Origin: Eledone cirrhosa
Lineage: Eukaryota
Length of the DNA stretch: 64,000 nucleotides
Assembly: GCA_964016885.1 (NCBI GenBank)
Contig: OZ024740.1
Coordinates: forward strand, 241,180,001 to 241,244,000
Direction of reading: 5' to 3'
This document shows, one piece after another, positions 52,839-64,000 of the stretch. The notes beneath the pieces were generated by a model, which worked only from the letters and a program-made list of their open reading frames with translations, was not told where the DNA came from and made no database searches. A program made the position numbers and the translations under genes. The stretch's first letter is position 1, and each line of letters starts with the position of its first letter.

Positions 52839-53829
52839 GTGGCTGCCAACTCATTTTCGAGTACGGCCACTACTTTATATCCATGTAGGAGAACCCCTAC
52901 CGATTCGCTGAACGAGTGTGACTCTTTAGTCCAGCCAGCGACTTGAAAACTCTGGTACAAACACTACACTTGTGACAATTCTTGACACATAGTGCTGGGC
53001 CCATGGTACCATGTGACGACAAGTGCAGAGAGATCTCCAGATATAAAGCAATGCCTGTGCCGTGAAGCTTTTATAGTGAGCAAAGGCACTGCACAAAGCC
53101 AGTCCCACTCTCTTAACCAAGATGATATTTACCAAAAAGAAGAACAAGTCAACATCATTGGATACCATCAGGGTTGCACGTGTTATATACATACATAATA
53201 CATACATACATACATAAATACATGTGGTGGCTGCCAACTCGTTTTCGAGTACGGCCACTACTTTATATCCATGTAGGAGAACCCCTACCGATGTGCTGAA
53301 CAAGTGTGACTTTTTAGTCCAGCCAGCGACTTGAAGACTCTGGTACAAACACTACACTTGTGACAATTGTTGACACATAGTGCTGGGCCCATGGTACCAT
53401 GTGACGACAAGTGCAGAGAGATCTCCAGATATAAAGCAATGCCTGTGCCGTGAAGCTTTTACAGTGAGCAAAGGCACTGCACAAAGCCAGTCCCACTCTC
53501 TTAACCAAGATGATATTTACCAAAAAGAAGAACAAGTCAACATCATTGGATACCATCAGGGTTGCAGGTGTTATATCAGAGTTTTCCTTCTCCTAGAATT
53601 CTGCCTTGACAAAGGCTAAGGGGTCATCTCTCCCGGTGATTTTGGATGGCCATTGACTCTTAAGAGCTCCTTTGCCCTTTGACAGGTTTTGTTTTTAGTC
53701 CTGCAGGATGTCCAAAGTCACCCTCCTCACCAAGAAACCTTGGTGGGGTTGCCAGTTTAGTCGCCAACGACCCGACCATGAGACAGGTTGTACTGGGATA
53801 CATGTTACCAGTAGCACCAAGTGGTGACC
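52839..53829 (-). mobile_element. Two copies (52839-53184 partial, 53225-53829 fuller) of a short non-autonomous RTE-derived element ending at (TATG)n
   Basis: Near-identical ~345-bp blocks; CTAGGAGAAGGAAAACTCTGA RTE-like UTR motif; LHGYKVVAVLENELA resembles an APE motif; further copies at 56210-56636 and 56800-57143 (+). Confidence 0.65.
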
Positions 53830-53869
53830 TGACACATAAATACATACATACATAGATACATACATACAT

Positions 53870-54562
53870 CTGCTGTACAAAAGAGGAGGGTCAGCAGCTG
53901 ACAATAAATGTAGGCTATGTAAAACAAAGATCGAGGATGTAAGCCACATTGTTGCCAGCTGCGAAAGAATGTCATCTCGCTACTACCTCCCCATGAGACA
54001 CGATGGGATAGCTAGAACCATCTGGAACGCACTTCGGAAAACAAAATCAACAACAAACGAGGAAGAATATATTGAGACAGATGGCACTAAGGAATACTGG
54101 TGGAACCTGAAAATAAAAACTGCCACCAAATTAAAGCACAACCGGCCTGATATTGTAGTTTGGGACCACACATTGAAAACGTGTACTGTTGTGGAGATCA
54201 GCTGCCCACTTGATGTAAACGTTGTCAGAAAAATACAGGAGAAGGAGGACATCTACGGACCATTGATGAGGAGTTTACAAATCCAGTATCCAAGATACAC
54301 CTTTAGCTTCATACCCATCATTATTGGTGCTACGGGTTATATACCAACCCGCTTGGACCAAAGTATGACTGAACTTGGATTTGCGGACAAAAAGCGCAGC
54401 TCCCTAATTCATAGTCTACAAATGGCTGCGATAGCTGGCACCTTCAAAATTTGCAAAACATTCTTGCGATTCAAGGGATGACAATTTCTTTTCTTTTACA
54501 ACCTTGCCACCAGGAAGGTGGCCGGTCAAAAAATATACTCAAAATTAAGAGAAAGAGAAAAC
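53870..54562 (+). mobile_element. R4/Dong-like retrotransposon 3' end: CCHC knuckle + restriction-like endonuclease
   Basis: CRLCKTKIEDVSHIVASC, RHD, HNRPDIVVWD, VVEISCP and IPIIIGATG; 3' UTR then CATA repeats. Confidence 0.9.
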
Positions 54563-54581
54563 ATATATTCATACATACATA

Positions 54582-55895
54582 CACCGGAAACTTCCACATC
54601 AACAGTGACATAGACTGCCTTTACTTCAAACGTAAGGAGGGAGGCAGAAGCCTAACATAAGTCCAGACAGCATTTGAATGTCGCATCATATCTCTTCGAC
54701 AACATCTACGAACCTCGAAACGTAGGAGCCCGTCTCTGGAGCAAGTCTATCTGCATGAAACAGATGAGATCATGAGAGTTGGAAAGGAACTCCTCGAGAG
54801 ATATTCCCTGTGTGATAATCAAAAACTCACACACAGGGAAGTCGGTCAGCAGTATCGCAGTGAATCTATGAATGAAAAACTGCATGCTTATCAGCAAAAA
54901 ATCATGCATGGATATGTTGCCAGGAAGCTCCAGAGTGAGAGTAATATAGATAAGGAAAGTAGTCTATCTTGGGACCAACAGCCGCTATATTGGCTCCCAC
55001 TTTGAAGGATACGCTTTTGCAATCCAAGAACAGGAAATTAACACGAAATACCTGATTCACAAAAGATATAAGGATGCAGGCAAAACACCTAGATGTGATA
55101 ACAAGTGCAGACTCTGCATAACTAACATCGAAGATATCACACATGTCATCAGCAGCTGTCCAAAGATGTCATCACGGTACTATCTACCGATGAGGCATGA
55201 TGTAGTGGTCAAAACACTGTACAATGAAATCCGTAAAAAAGATAGCCCCGATAATAAACACATTGAAAATTACATACAGCAATGTGGAAGACATCCATGT
55301 ATATAATATGAAAGAGTACTGGTGGAATGTTCCAGTAAAAACCTCAATAAAATGCAGGCATAAAAGACCAGATATTATGATATGGGTCAGGGAGAAGAAA
55401 GCATGCACAGTAGTGGAAATTAGCTGCCCAGCAGATGCCAATATAATATCAAAGATTAGCGAAAAGGAGTATATTTATGCAGAACTGATGAGAAATCTGC
55501 AGATACTCCACCTTCAGATTTATGCCTGTGATTATTGGGGCACTGGGATATGTTAGTAACTGCCTCAATACACATCTTGAGAAGCTAGGCTTCACAGGAA
55601 CAAAAAGAACACAACTAGTTATGAAATTACAAGTACAATCCATTAATGGAACAGTAAAAATATGTAAAACATTCCAAAAATGTTGCATCTAATAACTGCA
55701 TATGCACATGTACAGATACAAATCATATACACATGCACACATATAACTCAAAACATCCACATCTACACATGCATGCATACATACATATCTACCTAGTTGA
55801 TGTTGTGTAAATTCCAATGAGAGAGTCTTGTGTCTATTTTAGTAACCGACTTTCTCGCTATTGGAAAAAATTCTGTGAAATTATAAAACCAGAAC
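54582..55895 (+). mobile_element. Second R4/Dong-like subfamily, 5'-truncated (RT C-terminus to 3' UTR)
   Basis: HINSDIDCLYFKRKEGGRSL, MHG, EGYAFAIQEQEI, CRLCITNIEDITHVISSC, RHD and KRPDI; ends in CATACATA. Confidence 0.9.
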
Positions 55896-55906
55896 ATACA
55901 TACATA

Positions 55907-56185
55907 TAATAAACACATTGAAAGCTACAGCAATGTGGAAGACATATACATACATAATATTAAAGATTCCTGGTGGAATATTCCAGTCAAAACCACAATA
56001 AAATGCAAGCATAATAGACCAGATATAATGATATGGGACAGGGAGAAGAAAGCATGCACAGTAGTGGAAGTTAGCTGCCCAGCAGATGCCAATATAATAT
56101 TTAAGATTAGTGAAAAGGAGAATATTTATGCAGAACTAATGAGAATTCTGCAGATACTCCACAATGACTATACCTTCAGATTTAT
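55907..56185 (+). mobile_element. R4/Dong-like RLE fragment
   Basis: WWNIPVKT..CKHNRPDIMIWD..VEVSCP. Confidence 0.85.
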
Positions 56186-56209
56186 GTATGTATATATGTA
56201 TGTATGTAT

Positions 56210-57143
56210 GGCCATCCAAAATCACCGGGAGAGATGACCCCTTAGCCTTTGTCAAGGCAGAATTCTAGGAGAAGGAAAACTCTGATATAACACCTGAAAC
56301 TCTGATGGTATCCAATGATGTCGACTTGTTCTTCTTTTTGTTAAATATCATCTTGGTTAAGAGAGTGGGACTGGCTTTGTGCAGTGCCTTTGCTCACTAT
56401 AAAAGCTTCACGGCACAGGCATTGCTTTATATCTGGAGATCTCTCTGCACTTGTCGTCACATGGTACCATGGGCCCAGCACTATGTGTCAAGAATTTTCA
56501 CAAGTGTAGTGTTTGTACCAGAGTTTTCAAGTCGCTGGCTGGACTAAAAAGTCACACTCGTTCAGCGCATCGGTAGGGGTTCTCCTACATGGATATAAAG
56601 TAGTGGCCGTACTCGAAAACGAGTTGGCAGCCACCATGTATGTATGTATGTATGTATGTATGTATGTATGTATGTATGTATGTATGTATGTATGTATGTA
56701 TGTATGTATGTCTATGTCCCCGCGCATATACATACACATGCACCCGTTTATATACACATATACATACATATGTACATGGGTATATACATAATTACACACT
56801 TTTGGATGGCCGTTGACTCTTATGAGTTTTTCCGCCCTTAAACCACTGGGAGTGAAGGACCCCTAGCCTTTGTCAGGGCATTTTTCTAGGAGAAGGCAAC
56901 TCAGGAAACTGGGATAACTCCGATATAAAACCTGTTGCTCAGTAATTACCGATGATGTTGATCTTTTCTTCTTTTCGGGTTATAGCTACTGTCGCTCAGA
57001 GAGTGGGATTGGCTCAGTGCACAGTTTTCCTCACTTTAAAACATATCTTCACGCACAGGCATTGCATGATAGAATTAATTAATAATTATTAATAATGTTA
57101 TATCGTGCAATGGCCATACTCGATAACGATGGGGCAGCTATCA
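56210..57143 (+). mobile_element. Two more copies of the RTE-derived short element, each followed by (TATG)n
   Basis: 56210-56636 is the reverse complement of about 53226-53652; 56800-57143 is a diverged relative. Confidence 0.7.
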
Positions 57144-57234
57144 TGTATGTATGTATGTATGTATGTATGTATGTATGTATGTATGTATGTATGTATGTAT
57201 GTATGTATGTATGTATGTATGAATGTATGTATGT

Positions 57235-57560
57235 TTCTCTCAGTTTTGAGTTAATATTTCACAATCTACCTTCTCAGTGGAAAGGCTGTAAAGTAAAGGA
57301 GATTTCCACCGTCCATTGTGCAATCGTTCATCCGCTGAATCTTAAGGAAGTTTTAGAGACTTTGAAAGTTCCAGATATCGTGGCCTTTTTTGGCTTGTGA
57401 ATTAAGGAGATGTTTCATTTCTTGAAAATCTAAGTTCAGCCATATGTTGATTCAGGTGGGTTGATATATATCCTGCAGCTTTAATAATAATAGGTATGAA
57501 ACCGAACGTGCCTTTTAGGTAGAGGTTCTGCAAAATCATTATCAATAGTCCGTAGATATC
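57235..57560 (-). mobile_element. R4/Dong-like 3' fragment, third variant
   Basis: Minus strand resembles FGFIPIII.AAGYI...LNQHMAEL; 3' end abuts (TATG)n. Confidence 0.6.
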
Positions 57561-57606
57561 CTCCTTCTTTTGTTTCTTTCTTACTACATTAACATAGTTG
57601 TTTTAG

Positions 57607-57689
<83 letters not shown>

Positions 57690-57727
57690 AGAATATTTTC
57701 GAAACAGCGAGTGGGTTTGAAATTATT

Positions 57728-57941
57728 AGAAATGTAAGCTATCGCCGTATTTTGACTAAAGAAATTAAAGAAATTATTTAGCCTGATAGTGGGGTTAAGA
57801 ACCCTCGGAGAAATGGAAAAAGATGAGTATTGACGTCAATACTCATCTTTTTCCATTTCTCCGAGGGTTCTTAAACCCACTATCAGGCTAAATAATTTCT
57901 TTAATTTCTTTAGTCAAAATATGGCGATAGCTTACATTTCT
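57728..57941. repeat. 214-bp near-perfect palindrome with no spacer, between (TA)n tracts
   Basis: Centred on TTGAC|GTCAA (57834/57835); two mismatches seen. Confidence 0.95.
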
Positions 57942-58079
57942 TATATATATATACACCATTTGCCTCCATCATGGATCAACTCAGCACTCTTGCTATATTA
58001 ACACATTTTGATCTGCTTATCAAAAATAAGAAGGAAAAAAATATATTTTTCTTCCTAATAATCGTATTCTTCTCCCTGT

Positions 58080-58173
<94 letters not shown>

Positions 58174-58182
58174 TTCGTTTGC

Positions 58183-58545
58183 GAATGTAGAGTAACAACG
58201 AGTAGTAATACTTATAGATATATTGGCATAACTTCAACTAGATTTAAGGAAAGATGGTATAACAATCACCACTCATTTAAAAGAGCTAATAAAAAGTCTA
58301 CCATTGTCCTGTCGGAACTGATTTGGTCGCTAAAAAATAACCAAGTAGAATACTCTCTTTCTTGGTCAAAACTTTCACATGCTTTTCCCTATATAAATGG
58401 ATCTATATCTTCTGGATCTGACCTCATTACTACAGAAACCTTACACATCATAAAGAGTAGGTATAAAATTATCAATAAACGCTCTGACACATTTAATACT
58501 TGTTTACACAAAATATATAAGACATTGCGCAGAATATATAGTTAA
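58183..58545 (+). pseudogene. PLE GIY-YIG endonuclease domain (open frame without start codon, not in the ORF track)
   Basis: ECRVTTSSNTYRYIGITSTRFKERWYNNHHSFK...LSELIWSLKNNQVEYSLSWSKL...IINKRSDTFNTCLHK. Confidence 0.85.
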
Positions 58546-58619
58546 AACTTCCGTAACTAATATAAAATAGACCATCAACTAATTAATAAACCATTCATAA
58601 ATATATAGATACGTTATAA

Positions 58620-59851
58620 GATCACCATCAAAGAAGCTCCTCTATACACTCTGCGCGCTCCGTGCTACGCCCAAACATCTCTCCTCGCTGACCTCGATAC
58701 TTGTATCCGAGCAGCAGCCGAGGAGCTATGCACCATCAAGTTTGACGACATAGGGTGGCAACAGGCCACTTTACCTGTCAAGTATGGTGGCCTTGGCCTC
58801 CGGTCTTCGGTCTCACTAGCTTTGCCGGCATATCTTTCGTCGGTAACCTCGTGCCGCGTCCTCGACAGCAGGGTTCTTCAAAACACAACAGAACCCTCTG
58901 TGTTCAGAGAACGTGAGGCCGCCTGTGAGAAGTGGGACCGGCTGGGACCTAGCCCAGTAGACGTCCCTCCTCCTTCTCTCCCTGTTGACGTCAAGTCCCC
59001 CCAACGCACTTGGGATGCCATCCAGTGCAGCCTGGCCTCAGACAGGCTCACGCGCCAGCTCGACCAGCACCGCCTTGCTTGTTTTCGTGCAACCTCCAAA
59101 AACCATAGTAGTGCCTGACTGCATGCCCTGCCCTCCTCCACTGGCACGCAGCTAGACAACCATAGTCTGCGCATCGGCGTTTCCCTGAGGCTCGGCCTCC
59201 GGATCTGCGAGCCACACCAATGTCGATGCGGTTCCACCGTGGACTCTTTCGGCCTCCACCCGCTTTCCTGTCGCCACAGTGCCGGCCGCATTCCACGCCA
59301 TGCTGCCCTCAACGATGTCATTAAGCATAGCTCGGACGCTGCAGGCTTCCCATCCCAGCTCGAGCCGGTGGGGCTGGATCGAGGGGACGGCAAAAGGCCA
59401 GATGGCATGACCATCTTCCCGTTCTGCGGTGGCAAACCCCTCGTCTGGGATGCCACTTGCATTGACACTTTCTGCAGCCGCAACCTGGTGCAGTCTGCGA
59501 CTGACCCAGGTTCTGCTGCACGTCGGGCTGAGGAGGCCAAACTCCTCAAATACCGATCGATCTCCGACAGGTTTGCGGTCGTTCCCCTGGCAGTGGAGAC
59601 TTCTGGTGTCCTCGGCCCCAGGGTTACTCCTTACTCAACACATATGCGCTGAGCTGGCCAGCCGCAGGTGTGAGCCCCGCGAGTTCGAGTGGCTTTTCCA
59701 GCGCGTCTCTCTTGCCGTCCCCCGGAGAAACGCCTTCTCCATTCTGTCCGCCGGAGCTGTGGGTGAGCCCCATCGCGTACCGTTGTAGTTGTTGTATACA
59801 GATATTAACTCATCAATCCCATTGTCCTAATCCAAGAAAAAAAAAAAAAAA
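58620..59851 (+). mobile_element. CRE-like non-LTR retrotransposon 3' part with poly(A), inserted in a PLE 3' UTR
   Basis: ATLPVKYGGLGLRS, ALPAYLSS, LRIGVSLRLG, CRCG..VDSFGLHPLSC, RH, KRPDG, LVWDATC and PLAVETSG; A-run at 59837-59851; visibly GC-richer than the flanks. Confidence 0.85.
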
Positions 59852-60183
59852 TAACAGATTAAAGATTACAGACCAGAAAAAAAAGTACAAATATCTAAAA
59901 TTGAAATTGATATCTAAGTAAATAAAATATAGTCCGGATATAAAAAAAAAAATATATATATATTAACAGTTCCTCCATGAACAGTTCCGCTATGAATCAA
60001 GCGGCAAATCTGGTAACTTGATACCCTAGCTAGTTTACAATCACCAATGCCAGCAACAACAACTATATCCCGCACATAATAGAAGTGTTCCTAGAGAATT
60101 AGGTCAAATATCTATTGGTCGGCGAGTTGAATAACACGTCCGACTGGAAACATATCAATGAAATTTTACATCTCGTTTGTATG

Positions 60184-60253
60184 TTTGTCTGACGAGAATG
60201 CGTAAGGCAGTTATTATACAACTACCTTACATCTTCGAAATACGTATAACGAA
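60184..60253 (+). ncRNA. Type I hammerhead ribozyme in PLE pLTR
   Basis: TTTGT-CTGACGA-GAA..GTAAGG..AGTT..AACT.CCTTAC..TTC-GAAA-T(ACGT)A-TA|ACGAA: intact core, palindromic helix III, AUA site. Confidence 0.8.
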
Positions 60254-60416
60254 TAAAACCGTCTCTCTTATTTATTGTAATAAAACTCCGGATGAATAAA
60301 CACGCTGGAGTGTTTTTATGCTCTCAGGTCTGTTTAAGAATAAGTCGGCCGATATTTAATCAACCAACTTTCTTAAATTGAATATATATATATATATATA
60401 TACATACATATACATA

Positions 60417-60468
<52 letters not shown>

Positions 60469-60926
60469 TAGATACATAGGCAGATTGACAGTAAAACGGA
60501 CGAACGGCCAGACAAACAGGCGTAAATAGATAGAGATTGAATACGTATTCATAGATTAAAAGCGGGGTGGTGATAATGGAAGGGAGGTCAGATTAATAGG
60601 TACGCCTGAAAATGAAGACTAAACGAGGGGTGGAAGAGATAAAATGTATATAAAACAATATTAGTGAAGCGAAGTAAGGAGTTATAGGAAAGAGATACAT
60701 TAAGATGAGAAAAGGTGAGGCAATATTTCTAACAAAGGAATATCACATAAAACAACGAAAAAGGTTAATATATGAGGTTATTAATATAATCATAGTTAAC
60801 GAATAGTCGCAATTATAATGATATCGAAGTTATGAATTGAAATAGAGCGAAGTAGTGATATTAATGGTATAACTAAATGGTATAACTATTAATGGTATAA
60901 CTAAACAAAGAACCACGAATGTTATG

Positions 60927-61033
<107 letters not shown>

Positions 61034-62012
61034 CACACACACACACATATATGCATAGATATACATGTCTATATATCTAGATATACTTATATATATGTAA
61101 ATTAATATATAAATATAAATATACATTAAATAAATAACTACACACACGTGCACAGAAACACACATGCACACACACACACATATATATATATACTCGTATA
61201 TGACGGCAGCTGTCTCGCACCTGTATATAAGTCATTGCTTGAAATTTTCAAACAAGCTTATACATGCGTGTAGCACAGATGTAACTTTTTAGGCCAGCAT
61301 GAGTCCTACATTCTCTGGCATAAATGCTACAGACATGGCGTTTGGCAACAAGAATCGATGGCTGGTTGCCATGTACTTTCATGCGTCGCCTCAGCGCTTG
61401 ATCCAGAGCCCTTGTTGCCATTGATTTTAACAATGTTGGCCCTTGAGGCGTAGACATCCTCGAAAAATTTCGTTCTTAGTGTTCAAATAATTATTGTTCG
61501 CAGACGACAAACCTTGTATTATCCTAATTTTTTCACTGAGGCAAGGACAACATCTCAAAGGCCGACTCCTAGCTAAGTGGAAATACTCAATGAATTCAAC
61601 TGATTTCCAACCACCTCAATATTGATTTCTGTACTTTCTTTATAACTTTTCTTTTTCCAGACTTACGCAATAAGGTATACTTTTTATACTACTCAACTGC
61701 ATAGCTTAGTAAATATAAACATTTCTATATTATATACCACCACATAATACTACACATCTGTTATATTTCGCACACACTAACATCCGAATAGTAACCCAGC
61801 CATTTTTAATTTTTCATCTTTGAATTATTTCCCTTGTTATACTTTGTATAAAGTTAAATTTTTAACGGTATTTTCAAACTCGTCCAAGCGCCTGATGACT
61901 AAGTAATAAGTTTTTATCACTCTTACAATTTGGGGAGATGGTCAAAATAGGACCTTAAACCTTAGGTAGCGGTTTTGTTCCGTGTATTTGTTCTCATATT
62001 TGATTGAGCACT

Positions 62013-62057
<45 letters not shown>

Positions 62058-62151
62058 AATATATATATATATACACAAACACAAACATATGTATACTTTA
62101 TGCATTTGTAAATATTTACATATATGCATATAAATATTTACAAATATGCAT

Positions 62152-62210
<59 letters not shown>

Positions 62211-63146
62211 CAGGGTGGGAGTTTGGAAGCAAATAAAAATGCTTTTAATAACAAAACTACTAACTTCATTGACCAGCAACATATATTTAATTATGCATAA
62301 ATATCTTTATTCAAAATGACCCCCTTGTGCAGCAGTAAAAGCCTATAACCATAAAAGCCTATAACCATCTTTCACCGAAGCACATAACATTTTTTCGGGA
62401 ATTTCTTTCCAAGCACTCAGTAACGATGCCTTTAAATCATTGACTGTTTTATGGACTTTTGAACAAGCTTTTTCTTCAAGGATATACCATACTGAAAACT
62501 CCATAGGGTTCAAATCAGGCTTGTGTGACATTTGTTGTATGGGAGGTGGCTCCATCCTGTTGGGAGGTCCACAGATAATCATTGCCAAATTGATTAGTTG
62601 CAGAAGCAAGTATAGGCTCCAGAATACCGTTTATTGTATGGAATACAGATGTTTAGTCAACACTGATTGCAGATGATCTTTTTCCAATGACTCAAAATCT
62701 TTTCATCTGACCAGACAATTTCCCCCGCCATGTCACGTTTCATTTCTTTAAGCAAATTCTTGCTTCTCTCTAGCCTTGTTTGTTTTGTCTTTTTAGAAAG
62801 GGATTTCTTCTTATCCTTTCTTTGGGGATTTCTTCTTATCCTTTCTCGAACGGCTTTAATGAGTGTAGGAGTCCGTTTAGTTCGCGGTCTTCCACTTCTG
62901 GGTCTATCCAACAAATCTCCTTGCTCTTTAAAACGTTTCAAAGCTTTCCAAACAGTAGATCTTGCAACCGAAAGTAACCATACAATATCCGAATCTGACC
63001 TCCATTTCTCTATTTGTTGACATTTTCAAATTATTTAAGAAATTCAAACTCCATTATGTTTACATAGACTAATGTTTTAACTCGTAAATAAAAGAAGATT
63101 AATGATATACTTACAACAATTTTAGAAATCAAATTTCCACAGCCTG
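62211..63146 (-). mobile_element. Tc1/mariner-superfamily transposon remnant with imperfect TIRs in TA sites
   Basis: DRPRSGRPRT, IVWSDEK and KPDLNPMEFSVW; ends CAGGGTGGGAGTTTG / CAAATTTCCACAGCCTG flanked by TA. Confidence 0.9.
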
Positions 63147-63162
63147 TATATATATATATATA

Positions 63163-63326
63163 TAACAAAGGAATTGTGGTAAGGAACCAGATGGACCATA
63201 ACGCACCAGAGTAGTAGAGTGGGAAATAGGAAAACGTATGACCCCCGACGGCAGAGCTCAAGCCGTTTCCAGAAATAGCCGTCGAAACGGCTTGAGCTCT
63301 GCCGTCGAGGTCATACTTGTTCCTAT
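63163..63326. mobile_element. Fold-back HHR-half unit homologous to 316-483
   Basis: Same body; inverted arms separated by CAGAAATAGCCGTC; GAAAC-GGC..GCC-GTC site; in (TA)n. Confidence 0.75.
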
Positions 63327-63644
63327 ATATATATATATATATACATAAACCCACAAAAACACAAACACGCACACACACAAATGGTCGTACTAATTAGCAT
63401 ATAATTAATTATGATATTTTGTAAGAAGTTCACAAGCAGCCGAAGTGTATGATGAAGTTACAACTGTACAAATATATGTTTCCTTGTGGTTGATTGGATG
63501 ATATACACGTCTTTTGATGAGGGCCCACTTTCATGCAATTTGTATTAGATATGTGTATATATGTATAAACGTTGATGCAGTCTCGGTTACACACTCTGTA
63601 TTTATACAGATTTAATGTTAACATATATATGTATATATATATGT

Positions 63645-63697
<53 letters not shown>

Positions 63698-64000
63698 GTG
63701 CTCTGTCAACTATGGTTTATTTAAGACTGGGAATGTTGTTCCCCTCATCAGGCAGACTTCAGTTGAAATGGATCAATGGAGTAGAATTTTTATTGTTCCT
63801 GCACTTAAAGGCGGTTGCATTGCTGGCATATCAACCTTTGACCTCATTGGCTGTTAGGCCGGTATAATTCCCCTGGATGCCATTTGGTGATGTGAGGGTG
63901 GTTCTCTAGACCACAACCTTTGAACGACAGGTCCTACTCAGATGACAATTGGTAGATTTAGGCTGTTACAGGCTGGTGTGTGTGTGTGTGTGTGTGTGTG

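Noticed and set aside
58878-59549. 223-aa minus-strand ORF
   Set aside because: Antisense shadow of the GC-rich CRE-like coding sequence.

Overview
AT-rich, microsatellite-dense eukaryotic DNA, most likely an octopus or other coleoid cephalopod (inferred from the tRNA-derived Nin/Deu-domain-like SINEs and the (TA)n/(CA)n/(TATG)n load). I cannot support any host protein-coding gene; nearly everything interpretable is transposon-derived. The centrepiece is an apparently intact, very young Penelope-like element (PLE) at 29314-35250. It has a 794-aa RT + C-terminal GIY-YIG ORF (31944-34328), a partial-tandem 5' copy, an inverted 5' pseudo-LTR and three copies of a type I hammerhead ribozyme (HHR), and it sits in a (TA)n tract. 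Around it lie at least seven decayed PLEs of other families and several small fold-back units between microsatellites. Reading by eye gives more than ten HHR or HHR-like motifs from unrelated families. Many have very long helix II arms (about 40-130 nt), short helix III with mostly palindromic loops, and core variants (C at position 4; U3-A8). In the intact element the GUA cleavage triplet coincides with a GTAAG splice-donor-like sequence. A second system is a 49.3-57.6 kb pile-up of R4/Dong-like restriction-like-endonuclease retrotransposons and short RTE-derived elements (one with an HDV-like ribozyme fold) in (CATA)n/(TATG)n tracts. Also present are RTE, CR1-like and CRE-like LINE fragments, a Tc1/mariner remnant and many SINEs, some in tandem arrays. 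All RNA folds were derived by eye and not computed, and boundaries of decayed elements are approximate.
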